NCBI GenBank assembly: GCA_964019335.1
Contig: OZ025759.1
Location: 144,001-208,000 of the forward strand
Direction of reading: 5' to 3'
Source of the DNA: Diplonema japonicum
Taxonomy: Eukaryota; Protista; Euglenozoa: Diplonemea
Length of the DNA: 64,000 nt
A program made the translations under genes and the position numbers. Below are positions 10,333 to 21,990 of this stretch, piece after piece (position 1 is the first letter of the stretch; each line of letters begins with the position of its first letter). The notes under the pieces are model-generated. The model was not told where the DNA came from and made no database searches. It worked only from the letters and a program-made list of their open reading frames with translations.

Positions 10333-11271
10333 ATGGAACTCAGTATTCGCGAAGCCGTCAGGAATGACACAAGAGAACTCCTTGGGGATCTGAGCAAGGA
10401 CATCTTTCAAGGCCTAGACTACTTCCCAGGATGGTTGGAAAGCATGTGGACGCAGGAAGGAAGGAAGATGTGGGTGTGTGTCGACGCGGATGGCAGAATA
10501 GCTGGGTTGGAGACCATGCTGCTTGTTGATAACGGAAGGACAGCAGTGCCGCAGTGTCTTCGGGTACTTCCCGATTTCAGGGGGAAGGGTGTGTCGAAGC
10601 TGCTGAGCATCCACCTTCAGAAATATGTGGCGACAGTGCCATCAATCAAAAGGATAAGAGCCACGACACGCAACGACAACAAAGCTACAATAGCTATTCA
10701 CGAGAAAGATGGGTTTAACATTCCATTTAAACAAGGGGCTTGTATTTTCCACCCTGTCCTTGCGAACGGAGAGATTGAAGGGGTTCCTTGCATGGACCAA
10801 TTGGTTGAGCACGATGCCGAGAAGATTGCAGCTTTTGTGAAACCATACACGGCATCAACAAATGAAATGCTTATTGCGGAGTGGACGCCTCGTTGTTGTG
10901 AGACTCATGAAAACACAGTGCGCAGTGTTGAGGCGGTTCAAAAAGCGGGATTCACATTTCTTGTAGACGAGGAGAGGAAGTGCGTTTCATACTGGAAACT
11001 AGCTCAATACCCACGGGGTCCCACTATCGTTGTCACAGTGCTCGGCAACGACGGAAAAGAAGCGTTCATGGCCCATGCCCTGTACTACGCCAACAAAGGC
11101 GTACAGTTGGCGTGCCATTCTGTCGAGCTTTTCTACGATGTAGCTCTCTTCAGGAACTCACCTCTTCCTGAGGTACTTGTGAAGCTTGAAGCAATCACGA
11201 AAGCTCCTTTCGATACCGAGCGATTCAACTTGACAGGTGCCGGCCTGTGTATGATAGAGAAGGTTTTGTAA
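10333..11271 (+). CDS. GNAT N-acetyltransferase, NAT16/histidine N-acetyltransferase-like
   Basis: GLDYFP...GRIAGLETMLLVDNGRTAV..LRVLPDFRGKGVS (acetyl-CoA motif A R.xGxG). Confidence 0.8.
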   Translation: MELSIREAVRNDTRELLGDLSKDIFQGLDYFPGWLESMWTQEGRKMWVCVDADGRIAGLETMLLVDNGRTAVPQCLRVLPDFRGKGVSKLLSIHLQKYVATVPSIKRIRATTRNDNKATIAIHEKDGFNIPFKQGACIFHPVLANGEIEGVPCMDQLVEHDAEKIAAFVKPYTASTNEMLIAEWTPRCCETHENTVRSVEAVQKAGFTFLVDEERKCVSYWKLAQYPRGPTIVVTVLGNDGKEAFMAHALYYANKGVQLACHSVELFYDVALFRNSPLPEVLVKLEAITKAPFDTERFNLTGAGLCMIEKVL

Positions 11272-12003
11272 AGAATAAAAAGAGACGCAATTTTTTCGTT
11301 CGATTTATTATTTCCCTGTTTGTTTCCTTTTTCTTTTCTTTTTTTTTTTTTTCTCTTTTTTTTCTTTTCTTTTTGTTTATACACTGTTGTTTCTTATCGA
11401 ACATATACCACAGCCGCAATAGGAGTGCGCCAAAGTGCTGGACACGCGCTTGTGCAGCCTCGTGCGATTAGCTGTGTATTTCTCTTCCTCGTAACTAATA
11501 TGGCATTGCAAGAGTGTTTTTGTATTTCTTTCTTTTTTTCCATATTCAAGACGTAAGTGAACGCATGAACTCTTTACTTAGATTTACTCGAGTTTCTTTT
11601 GGTTTCAAGGTAGTGCGATCAATTCTTCTTTTTATCACAAGATTGCCACGCCAGATCAAAGAAACCCCCCCCCAAAAAAAGCAATTGTTTTCTTTTTTGG
11701 GGACAAAAAAAAAAGAATGGCTATTTCAGTTTTTTGAAAACCCTCTGGTTTTTCAGAACGTTTGTCCGCTATCTCCTTACACCGCTTAGGGATGAAACCC
11801 CTTGTCTCTCATATGGTAGGTATAGGACATTTTCCTAATCCCATTGCTGTGCAACCTTTTTCTTATTTATTTTTTCCGTTTGTTATGAAGACGCCATGAC
11901 TCATTGCCGATTCATTCCTTTTTTTTTTTTACTCTATTCCCTTAGTAGTCCTTTATTCTCTCTGTAGACTCGCTCAAGCGTGTATCAACCTCACCAGGTG
12001 CCC

Positions 12004-15000
12004 ATGCCATCAAAAGTAGTAAACCTCACTATTGACAGTGATAAAAACTGGCTCGCTGCTAGTGATGGAGATAAGATATACAAATACCGAACTGAGTACG
12101 CTTTGAGTGGGAGAGCCAGGTGTAAGAGGTGTGGGGAGCTTGTTAAGCAGGGTGATGTGAGGATAGGAATTCCTGTAAAATGGAAGTACTGGATCAATTC
12201 CTGGGCACACCCACAATGTGTCCGAACGCAGGAGCAGGGGAAGGAGCTTGAGAAGGTGATCTATGGCTTCAAGGACTTGAAGGGGAAGGACAAGAAAGTG
12301 CTGATCGAAACGCTCAACGGCGACCCGCTGAAGAACAACGACCTCGCTGAGGAGGACGACTGGCTGCCTTCATGTTCCGCGGCAGACATCAAACCCCTCA
12401 ACATCCCTTCGCTTCCTTTGCTCCCGCATCAGAAAATCGGCACAGCATGGATGGTGAACCAAGAGAAGACATCAGTAAAGGGCGGCATCCTTGCTGACGA
12501 GATGGGCATGGGAAAGACGCTCCAAACTATTGGACTCCTCTTCCACACAAAGACCCCAATGACCCCCACCCTTGTCATAACCCCAGCTTCTGCAATGGGC
12601 CAGTGGGAAGAAGAGATAAAAAGGTTTGCCCCCTCGCTGAAGGTTCTCATCTTCCACGGCATGACCAAAAAGTTGAAGGTTTCGGATTTGAAGAAACACC
12701 ACGTTGTTCTTACAACGTTTTCGAAGCTAGAGGCAGAGTACCGCAAGATCCTCAACGAGGCGAAGGTTTCCTGTAAGTACTGCCAAAGAAAGCTCCTCCC
12801 AGCCTCTTTGAAGCTTCACCTCAAGTACTTCTGCGGCCCTAAGGCGACGCGCACGAAGAAGCAACAGCTCCGCGAGAAGAAAGGACATGTTGCGGCAGAG
12901 AAGGCAAAGGCGACTCTGGGCATCGGGGAAAGTGTGCCGTCGATGACAAATATTTACAAAGAGATCATGAACGAATCAGGACGAGCGCCCATAGGGAGGT
13001 ACGACAAGGGCTCCAGGGCTTTGCAGCGTGATGCGGAGAAGGCTACCAACAACATCACCGTGCAGCCCATTGGGATGAAACCCTTCTACATCGACCCCAA
13101 GGAGAACCCTACCCTTGCCAAGGTGCAGGAGACCATCCACAACAAATACGGCGTTACACCTGCTGACCAAACGCTTATCCACCAAAAGGCGTCCCTTGCC
13201 GGTGCGAAGAAGAAACTGTCGGCATTCGGCATCCAGCAAGGCGACATCATCCACGTAAGCTTCACCCTCAGCGAGAGTGACAGCGACAGTGATAGCGACA
13301 GTGACGTGCCAAAGGCGAAAAGGACCAAGAAGACGAAACCCTCTGCTAAAAAGTCGAAGCCTGCGGTTGACGCTTCAAGCTCCGACGAGGAAAGTGAAAG
13401 CGATTTTCCGAAGACGCAGGTAAAAAAGAAAGCGGCAACGAAGCCGCCCACTAAACAAAGCAAAAAGGGGGCCAACTCCAAGAAACAAGTTACCGAAAGC
13501 GAGAGTAGCAGCGAAAGCGAGGCAGCACCGCAGCTAAAGGGAAAGCCAGCAGCCAAGCAGAGCAAAAAGAATGCCAAACCATCGGGGAAGAAGTCCAAGA
13601 GGCAGGTTTCGGAAAGCGACAGCAGCGACAGTGACAGCGAATCAAGCGAGGCGTCTGAGCAGCCGGTAAAAAAAGCAGGAGCAAAGAAGCCAGCAACTAA
13701 ACAGAGCAAGAAGAGAGCCGCGATGCAAGAGTCTTCCGAAGACAGTGATAGCAGTGAGAGCGAAGCATCTGTGCAGGCAAAGAAAAAAGTAGCAAAGAAG
13801 CCAGCAACTAAACAGAGCAAGAAGAGCACCAAGCCATTGGGGAAGAAGTCCAAAGGAAGGGGTGACAGCCACAGCAGCGGAAGCAGCAGTAGCGACAGTG
13901 AGAGCGTTGCTAAAGAGCAATCTAAGAAATTGCAGAAACCAGCTGGCAAGAAAGGCAAAGCCGCATCGAGCAGTGAAGACAGTGACAGCAGCGAAAGCTC
14001 GGAGGACAGCCTTCAAAAGAAAGCGTTGAAAAAGTCAACCACCAAAAGGGGTGTCAAGCCAACTGGAAAGAAAGCGGTAAAGGGGACCGACAGCGATACC
14101 GGCAGCAGTGACAGTGGGAGTGTCGCAAAAAAGAAGCCTGCAGGCAAGGCCAACAAGAGGGGAAAGCCCGCAGCTAAGAGAGGCAAGAAGCGTGCTATAA
14201 GCAGCGACAGTGACAGCGAGAGCACTGAGAGCAGTTCTGAATCCGTGAAAAAGGGGAAAGGTAAAAAACTAGTGAAAAAAGAGAACAAGAAACGCCGCAA
14301 GGACGACACGAGCAGTGAGGAGAGCAGCAGTGATAGCGAGAGCACCGAGAGCAGTTCTGAATCTGTGAAAAAGGGGAAAGGTAAAAAACTAGTGAAAAAA
14401 GTAAACAAGAAACGCCGCAAGGACGACACGAGCAGTGAGGAGAGCAGCAGTGATGACAGCAGCAGCGATAGCAGCGACAGCAGTGACAGCGACAAGGTGG
14501 GGAAGAAAAGAAAGCGTGGTAAGAAGGAGAAAAAAGACACAGATGACAAGGATGACATAAACAACCTAGATTTCGAACAATCTCTCATGTACAAGCTCAC
14601 GTGGCACAGGCTAGTGATCGACGAAGCGCACAGAATCAAGTCTCGAACCACCAATACCGCGAAGGCAGTATACGCTGTAAAGGCGGAGAACAAGTGGGGT
14701 CTAACGGGAACACCCCTGCAGAATAGGGTAGGGGACTTGTTTTCCTTGATAAGGTACCTTCGCTTCTCGCCCTATGCATACTACTTGTGCTCAGGGAAGG
14801 ATTGTGACTGCAAGTCACTTGAGTGGAAGTTTGGGAAGGAATGCAGCTGCGGTCATTCGATGATGCGCCACTACTCATCGTTCAAGAAGCAGATTTTGAA
14901 CCCCATTTCAAGGTACGGATACATAGGAGAAGGAAACAGGGCCTTTGAGATGCTGAAGTCAGATGTGCTGTCGAAAATCCAACTGCGTCGCACGAAGCTC

Positions 15001-16053
15001 GAGGTGGCAAAGGACATCAAGCTGCCGGAGCTGAAAGTAATAATCCACAAGGGAGAGCTGGATGAACGTGAGATGGACTTTTACGAGGCTCTGTACAAGA
15101 GAAGCACAGCAAAGTTCGACGGGTACGTTTCAAAAGGGACCCTCATGCACAACTATGCGCACATCTTCGAGCTGCTAGCCAGGCTGCGGCAGGCAGTGGA
15201 CCACCCGTACATTGTAACCAAGAACAAGATCAACACGGCGGATGTGAAGAAAGTAACACGTGTGCTGTGCAGTATTTGCGGCGAAGAGATCACTGACAAC
15301 AGCACAGCTGTGAAGGTCCCATGCAGACACGTTTTCCATTCAGCGTGTTGTGAGTTGTACCTGGAGATGAGCGTGGGGGAGGAGGTGGCGTGCCCCGGGT
15401 TCTGCTGTGACAAGAAGTTCAAGAAATCCTCGATAGCTGGTGCAGATGAAGAGAAAGAACCGAAAGGAAAAAAGAAAGCGAAGGAGAATAACGAAAAGGA
15501 GAGCATGATGGAGAAGGTGGACGAGGCAGAGTTCACATCGTCGACGAAGCTGGAGGACCTGGTGAAGTACATGAAGGCTGTACCGAAGGATGACAAGTGC
15601 ATCATCTTTTCTCAGTACAACGGAATGCTGGATTTGGTGAAGTGGAGGTTGCAGCGAGAGGGAATAGTTACCGCACAGCTAACTGGCAGCATGGCTGCCG
15701 AGAAGCGTAGTGTACTCCTAAAGGAATTCAGAGAGAACAGCAAGGTGAGGGCCTTGTTGCTCTCCTTGCGTGCGGGTGGTGAGGGGCTCAACTTGCAGAT
15801 CGCGAACCATGTATTCACGTTAGACCCTTGGTGGAACCCGGCAGTTGAACTGCAGGCCATCCAACGCGCCCACAGGATAGGACAGACGAAACCTGTCACT
15901 GCCGTACGCTTCGTAACGCAGAACACCATTGAAGAGAAGATGTACCAGCTACAAGAGAAGAAACAGCTTGTATTTGATGGAACCATCGACGGTTCAAATG
16001 CAGCGCTCTCTCGTCTTTCAGGCGAAGACATCAACTTCCTCTTCAACCACTAA
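12004..16053 (+). CDS. RAD16: Rad16-like SNF2 helicase/RING protein with N-terminal PARP-type zinc finger, ubiquitin-like domain and long S/K/D/E low-complexity insert
   Basis: GGILADEMGMGKT, LKYFCGP.A.RT.KQ (Rad16-typical), DEAH, LTGTPLQN, HNYAHIF.LL.RLRQAVDHP, RING C..C..PC.HVFH..C, IIFSQY, GGEGLNL, DPWWNPA..QA..RAHRIGQ. Confidence 0.88.
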   Translation: MPSKVVNLTIDSDKNWLAASDGDKIYKYRTEYALSGRARCKRCGELVKQGDVRIGIPVKWKYWINSWAHPQCVRTQEQGKELEKVIYGFKDLKGKDKKVLIETLNGDPLKNNDLAEEDDWLPSCSAADIKPLNIPSLPLLPHQKIGTAWMVNQEKTSVKGGILADEMGMGKTLQTIGLLFHTKTPMTPTLVITPASAMGQWEEEIKRFAPSLKVLIFHGMTKKLKVSDLKKHHVVLTTFSKLEAEYRKILNEAKVSCKYCQRKLLPASLKLHLKYFCGPKATRTKKQQLREKKGHVAAEKAKATLGIGESVPSMTNIYKEIMNESGRAPIGRYDKGSRALQRDAEKATNNITVQPIGMKPFYIDPKENPTLAKVQETIHNKYGVTPADQTLIHQKASLAGAKKKLSAFGIQQGDIIHVSFTLSESDSDSDSDSDVPKAKRTKKTKPSAKKSKPAVDASSSDEESESDFPKTQVKKKAATKPPTKQSKKGANSKKQVTESESSSESEAAPQLKGKPAAKQSKKNAKPSGKKSKRQVSESDSSDSDSESSEASEQPVKKAGAKKPATKQSKKRAAMQESSEDSDSSESEASVQAKKKVAKKPATKQSKKSTKPLGKKSKGRGDSHSSGSSSSDSESVAKEQSKKLQKPAGKKGKAASSSEDSDSSESSEDSLQKKALKKSTTKRGVKPTGKKAVKGTDSDTGSSDSGSVAKKKPAGKANKRGKPAAKRGKKRAISSDSDSESTESSSESVKKGKGKKLVKKENKKRRKDDTSSEESSSDSESTESSSESVKKGKGKKLVKKVNKKRRKDDTSSEESSSDDSSSDSSDSSDSDKVGKKRKRGKKEKKDTDDKDDINNLDFEQSLMYKLTWHRLVIDEAHRIKSRTTNTAKAVYAVKAENKWGLTGTPLQNRVGDLFSLIRYLRFSPYAYYLCSGKDCDCKSLEWKFGKECSCGHSMMRHYSSFKKQILNPISRYGYIGEGNRAFEMLKSDVLSKIQLRRTKLEVAKDIKLPELKVIIHKGELDEREMDFYEALYKRSTAKFDGYVSKGTLMHNYAHIFELLARLRQAVDHPYIVTKNKINTADVKKVTRVLCSICGEEITDNSTAVKVPCRHVFHSACCELYLEMSVGEEVACPGFCCDKKFKKSSIAGADEEKEPKGKKKAKENNEKESMMEKVDEAEFTSSTKLEDLVKYMKAVPKDDKCIIFSQYNGMLDLVKWRLQREGIVTAQLTGSMAAEKRSVLLKEFRENSKVRALLLSLRAGGEGLNLQIANHVFTLDPWWNPAVELQAIQRAHRIGQTKPVTAVRFVTQNTIEEKMYQLQEKKQLVFDGTIDGSNAALSRLSGEDINFLFNH
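14213..14455 (+). repeat. Two near-identical 120-bp (40-aa) tandem units inside the Rad16-like CDS
   Basis: 14221-14340 and 14341-14460 repeat STESSSESVKKGKGKKLVKK.NKKRRKDDTSSEESSSD with few substitutions. Confidence 0.9.
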
Positions 16054-16253
16054 AAGGACTTATCTTATTCCATTCTGCCTTTTACGTGGTTGTTTTCTAA
16101 CCTTTATTCGAAGGGACTCAGCACTTTGTTGGTCCCCGTTAACCTCCGATTTACTCCCCTGTTCTACTGCCTGTTTTTCGTGTTGCTTTCGGTACCATAC
16201 GCACGCGGCACACAGAACCTGAAATAAACTAACTGGGTCACGCGACTATGCCT

Positions 16254-16296
<43 letters not shown>

Positions 16297-16587
16297 GGAA
16301 GAAATAAAAGCGGAAAGAAAACCACGAAAAATTCATTTTCTTCACTCCCCTGTCCTTACTGCAATCCATTATCATTGGGAATTGGCACACGTTACTCCTC
16401 AATCATAGGATGTCTTCTTTTTTTTTTTCTCTCTTCTTCTTTTTTTTCTTTCTTTTTTATTTCCCCCGCGCAGGATACACGAATATGCTTGCTAACTAAA
16501 AGCCTAAGACGAAACTAAAAAAGAATATACGAACAAAGATAAAGGAATAGACGGAACAAAAAAAAAAAAGAAAAGACGTGGGGGTGA

Positions 16588-19500
16588 ATGAAGTCCCAAG
16601 AAAGATACTTGGATTCGCTAGCGCGGTTGTCTAAGGAAGACCTTGTGAAATTCTTACCGAATGCTCTGCTGAAGGATCTCGAGGGTGTCGAGTCCTTGGT
16701 ACCGAGCTACAAGGTCTTCAATGCCGCGCTGCTGTTCTTGGATGTGACAGGGTTTTCGAACATTGCCAACAAACTGCAGACAGAGACCAACGAAGGTAGC
16801 GACTTGCTGACGACTCACTTGAACGCGTACTTCAGTCTCATCATCGATGTAGTGAAGAAGTACCATGGGGACATCATCCTGTTCAGCGGCGATGCACTGC
16901 TTGTAATGTGGAACGAGAGTGACGTCGAGGTAGCATGTCTACAGGCTGTTGCATGTGGTATGGCGCTCTTGCAAGATGCTTCAGGGTACCAGTTTGCTGT
17001 GAAGACCACTTCAGGGGAGGACATCACGCTGGCGATGTCGCTTCACATCGGTGGTGCCTTTGGGGAAGTCATGAGCGCGGTGATTGGTGGCAAGGGCGCA
17101 CCTTCTGAAGGCCGCTGGAAGTACGTCCTCGTTGGCAGTACTATTGAAGAGCTCGGAGTTGCTGCGAATATGGGCACCGCAGGGATGTTCGTCATCACTA
17201 CCGACATGTTCAAGAATGTCCCTGCGCTCGTCCTGACGAGCAATCAGCTGCACGGCTCCATCGACGACATCTATGTCACCTTTTACCATCTCACCTCGCT
17301 CGAGCCCACCAGCGTCCCCGACAGCGTGTTGCAAACCACGCTACCGTCCCTCGACACAGAGAAAATCAATTTTTCAATCGCTTCTCAATTCACCTTCGAC
17401 ACCCTTATCCACTCCGCTGCCCATCACAGCAAAGGCCAGCTCCGCACCGTGTCCACCGTCTTCATCAAACTGCGAAGTATCAAAGTCGATACCGACTATC
17501 CAGAGCTGCACAGGAAGATCAACAAGAGCGTCCAAATCGTCCAGAAAGCCCTATCGCGCCTGGGGGGCATCCTGAACAAGGTCATTATGGACGACAAAGG
17601 CATCATCCTCGTGTGCCTTTTTGGAATCCCTCACCACACACATGAGGATGACGCCGAGAGGTCGGTGCTGTTCGGCCTCAAGGTATCGAAGAAGCTGAGC
17701 CGCGGGCTAGGCGAAACGTCAGTGGGGGTAGCTAAAGCTAACGTATTCTGTGGGATGTCTGGCTGCACTGCCCGGTATGAGTACACGGTGCTTGGTGATG
17801 GTGTCAATCTGGCTGCACGGTTGATGACGAAATGCGAATCGTTTACGAAGAAGAGGCATGTCATCTGCGACGGGCTCACTGCTGCTGCGGTCTCGAGTTC
17901 TCTGAAGGTGTGCGGGCAGGTCACGTTCCACTCTGCCGGTGAGCTTGAACTGAAGGGGCTCTCTAAGCCCATAGCCTCATTCCACGTGCTGAATGCTACT
18001 GATGCTGAGGCGTTCAGCAAGAAGCTTGGATCGAAGGGGTCGCTGATCGGCGGCTCTACGGACTCGGGAAGCAGGCCCAGTAGGTCCAGTAGCAAGTCCT
18101 CCGTATCGTCGTTCGGCTCATTGTTCTCAAGGGGCAGCGTTTCATCTATTTACTCCATGCACTCGCGGGCCTCGAACGGCAGCAGGGCCAGTCACCTGGG
18201 CAGGATTCCCCGTACCCCCCACAACAATAGAGCACATGTTGGTCTGCGGTCCAACCACTCTGTAACCAGCGAAAGCCATAGTATGACGTTCAGCAGAAGG
18301 AACTCCGACGTAGACTTCAAGGGACAGAAGGAGCAACTGGTCTGCAGGAAGAGCGAACTTACTAAACTGGTCTCGTTTTGCGATTCTGTCATCAAAGGCA
18401 AGGGCCGGAAGTTGTGCTGCATCAAAGGCACAACGCAAACCGGCAAGACCTCCTTTTTGCGGCGTGCTGATGAGTACCTCACCGAACACAACATTCAGAC
18501 CTATTTGCTAGTTGGGAACGAGTCCCGGAGCAGCCCCTTTGAAGCACTTAAGATCGCCGTCACCAGGATCCTCGAGATAGAGTTTGTTGAACCTCCTATG
18601 GTATGCACCACTGTCTTGAGAAACTCAACACAGGGCTGTGACAGCATCGATCTATCGTGGCTCAGCTACGTGGTGCGTGACTCGCGGTTAGGTATTCCTG
18701 CAGAAGAGCAGATGAGTTTGCCATCACGACAAAAGCTCGTGCATGTCTGTGAACTGATCTGTACGATGATGAAGCGACAAGAGAAGCAAGACAGGTATGC
18801 ATAAAGTGTGAAGCACCACCCACTCAGGCCTATTGTGCTGCTGGTAGATGACATTCAGTACGTCGACAGCGAGACGCAGAGCTTTCTCTTGCATGTAAAG
18901 AAACAAGAACACATGAAGATCATCTTTACCAGCAATGGAGAAAAAGATGTTAAAGGAACACACGCTGAATTGGCAGCTGATCTGGACAAGAAGAGCACGA
19001 GTACCGCCAGCGAGGGTGAGCTACAGAGTTTCGACGTGCCCATGACAGAGGAGCAGATGTATGACATGCAGAAGTTGATGAAGGGCGAAGAGGTCATTGT
19101 CCTGAAGCCGTTCACAGAGAAGCAGAACTACACGTTACTCACATATTTGTTCAACAGTGAGGTGGAACGGAAGCTGCTGAACACAATCTTTCAGAAAACA
19201 AATGGTGTGCCAGGCTATGCATTCCAAGTGGCCACCCACCTGATGGAGCACAGTCTGGTCACATACCAATACGGCCAGATGATGCTGAAAGACGATTACC
19301 CGTTGAGCGAGAGCGCCGTGCGCTTCGTGAACGGGTTCGACGCGAAGGTGATGCGTGTGATGGACACTCTCTCTCAGAACGTGAAAGAGTGTCTTTACTT
19401 GTGCAGCGCTTTGGGGAGCAGCTTTGAAAAGAGTTTTATTTTCACTTGTTACGATAAAGAAAAAAGCGAAGAAGAGGTTGATCAGATGATAGAGGGCATG

Positions 19501-20944
19501 AAGAGCACTGGGCTGCTGACTGTCGTCAACGACACCTTGCGTTTTGTGATCCCTCTCACGAAGGACGCCATCTACACATCCATGGTGAAGCAGGACAAAC
19601 AGAAGGTGCATGAGACCATCTCAAAGGTGGTCACACGAATCTCAGCACACCCAGCGCGGGACACCTTCAGGCACCTAGCTTTCATCGAAGAAGAGATCCC
19701 CTTCTCAATGTGCTCAGCAGCGCTAAAGGAAGCACTACGCGAGGGTGATCTAATCGGCTCGCTGGCGTACATCAAACACATGAAAACCTACAATGATCTT
19801 TCTGAAACAGAGAAAGTCTTTTTCAAGCTCAACGCGGCGGTAGTGTACAGCGAAGTGGGCGACTACGCCGCCAGCAGCGAGGCACTAGCCTACCTGAAGA
19901 CCAAGTTCAACGTGAAACAGCCTTCGAAGAAATCACGATGGCTGGCGTGTTGTTCTCCACAAACGGCAGACACCCTCACCGAAGAGGACCCCCTTGCCGC
20001 TACTGTACTTTGGAAGCAGGTAGAAGTTGCATTCATGAATGGCAAGAAGGCGGCGTACGTAGAGGCCTGGGAGACATACAAATCGTGTGTACCACCCTCA
20101 CCTGAGGTAGCGGGGAGGGATATGGTGTACCAGTTCGTCACCGACGCCATGCCTGTCATCTCAAGGACAAATGTTAACAAGGCGTGCCCCATCGCAGGGA
20201 CCCTCATCTTCGGTCTCAGGACAGTCGCACAAGTGTGCAAGACAGAACCCGCACCCCTCAACGACAAGCTGGACACCGTACCTTTCGAAGACACAACGCT
20301 GCAGGTCTACAACGGTGCCCTCTCTGCCGCAGGTGTTAACAGAAGCATGCAGGCTATCACCTTGTTCCTGAAGGGGGACCACACCAATTCCGAAACGGTC
20401 ATCAACAGTATCAGGGACCTCCCCTCTCAAAGATGGTCGTTGATAGGCCATTTGCTCAAAACTCTTCTGTCAAGATACTACCAGCTGGAGGTACCGTTCT
20501 TGGAGAGGAGGAACGAGGTGGCGTCCGCGTGGGCGTCGGAGTCGGAGATCCTGTCCCCAATGAAGGTGAACTATGACTGCTTCCTGTCGCCTTTGATCGC
20601 GTGCACGCAGTACAGAATGAGCGAAATGGCACCTGCTTATGCAGAGTTGAAGAGCACGCAGTTTATCACTCCGTTCCATGCTGTCTCGAGCATGGTGCTG
20701 CTGGAGTTGCAGTTGGATGTGCGTGACATGACGTCAAATGAGATGCAAGGCTACTGGGAAGTGTTGAGGGCCGCGGCAATGAAATATCCTATTTTCGACG
20801 CTGCTGTTACTTTCTATGAAGGTCTTACTGCCGTGCATGAGAAGCGGTATGACGAGGCCGACGACCGCTTCAGGATGACGGTGGAAATGTGCCTTGGCTT
20901 TGGGATGTCTGAGAGCTTCCTTTCGTGGAGGGCTACGTATGCGA

Positions 20945-21018
<74 letters not shown>

Positions 21019-21198
21019 TATTACACACCACACTGCAGGGCCCGCATCCTTATGTCTCCAAATAACAAGGTAGATGCGACCTACGCTCCTGCAGATGTCC
21101 AAGCCATGCGGGATCATATCACACTCGCCAACTCTAGGAAGCTGCTCGCTTCGGAAATTACAGGGCTGCAGTTTGTTGTCGATACTTGCAAGGGTTGA
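16588..21198 (+). CDS. Soluble-type (ADCY10-like) adenylate/guanylate cyclase: two class III cyclase domains, STAND-type P-loop NTPase, helical C-terminus
   Basis: LLFLDVTGFS, GDIILFSGDAL, KVIMDDKG, EYTVLGDGVNLAARL; Walker A GTTQTGKT and Walker B VLLVDDIQ. Introns 18795-18827 (33 nt, carries the apparent stop), 20937-21038 (102 nt, poly-T) and probably 18601-18633 (33 nt). Confidence 0.85.
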
Positions 21199-21443
21199 CC
21201 AAAAAAAAAAAAAGTTCTTTTGCATACATTAACGCAAGAATGTATTTTCCCCTAGTGACACAGCGCCCTTTTACAGAAATCCTTTTTTTTTCTAGTCCGA
21301 GCCGCGCGGACACTTCACAAACAAAAGAAGGAAAGTCTTTTTTTTTTTTTTTTTTTTTGTTCTATTTTTTTTTCCCTCCGTTTTTTTTATCTATTCTTGC
21401 AAAAAGAAAAAAGGGATTCTCTCTCGCTTCCTTTTTCTTCTCT

Positions 21444-21477
<34 letters not shown>

Positions 21478-21990
21478 CCCTCTTTAATGTATCGATTTTG
21501 TGTCTTTTTACTTTATCTTCTTCTTTCTTTTTTCAGGCGTCCTGCCACATACCGCAGGTACCCTTAAATGTCTCTTTTTTTTTTTTTTTTGTTTCCCGTC
21601 TCCCTTCACTCTGAAGGCAGTGTTAACCCGTATAGTGTTCCCGGCACTTTATATTGTTGCTCGAGCACGGGTCTCTGCTACACGGTGATATGTTTAAAAA
21701 GAAAAAAAAAAAAAAGAAAAGAAAAAGAAAATCGATACACGAAAAAAAAGAAGAAAAAAAAAAAAAGAAAATGAAAAAAAGAAAAAGTGAAAAAAATCAG
21801 GAAAGTTCCGTTTTTCTTTTTTTTTCGTTTTTGTTTCCCCCCCCCCCTTTTTTTACGTATTGCTCTTTTCTTTTTTTTTTTTCTTCTTTAGGTTCTTTTT
21901 CACATTCTTTTCATTTCATCTTACTCCCCTCCACCCCTTCTGTATTGAGTACCTCCCCCTCCCTCGCTTTTTCACACTCTCCACAAGACA

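Noticed and set aside
18795-18827. Stop-codon readthrough or alternative genetic code at in-frame stops (also 41950, 34356)
   Set aside because: Each stop lies within a consensus tiny intron; all three stop codons terminate genes normally.
20948-21017. Poly-Phe protein segment (also the 3766-3861 and 21186-22031 ORFs)
   Set aside because: These are intronic or intergenic poly-T/poly-A tracts.
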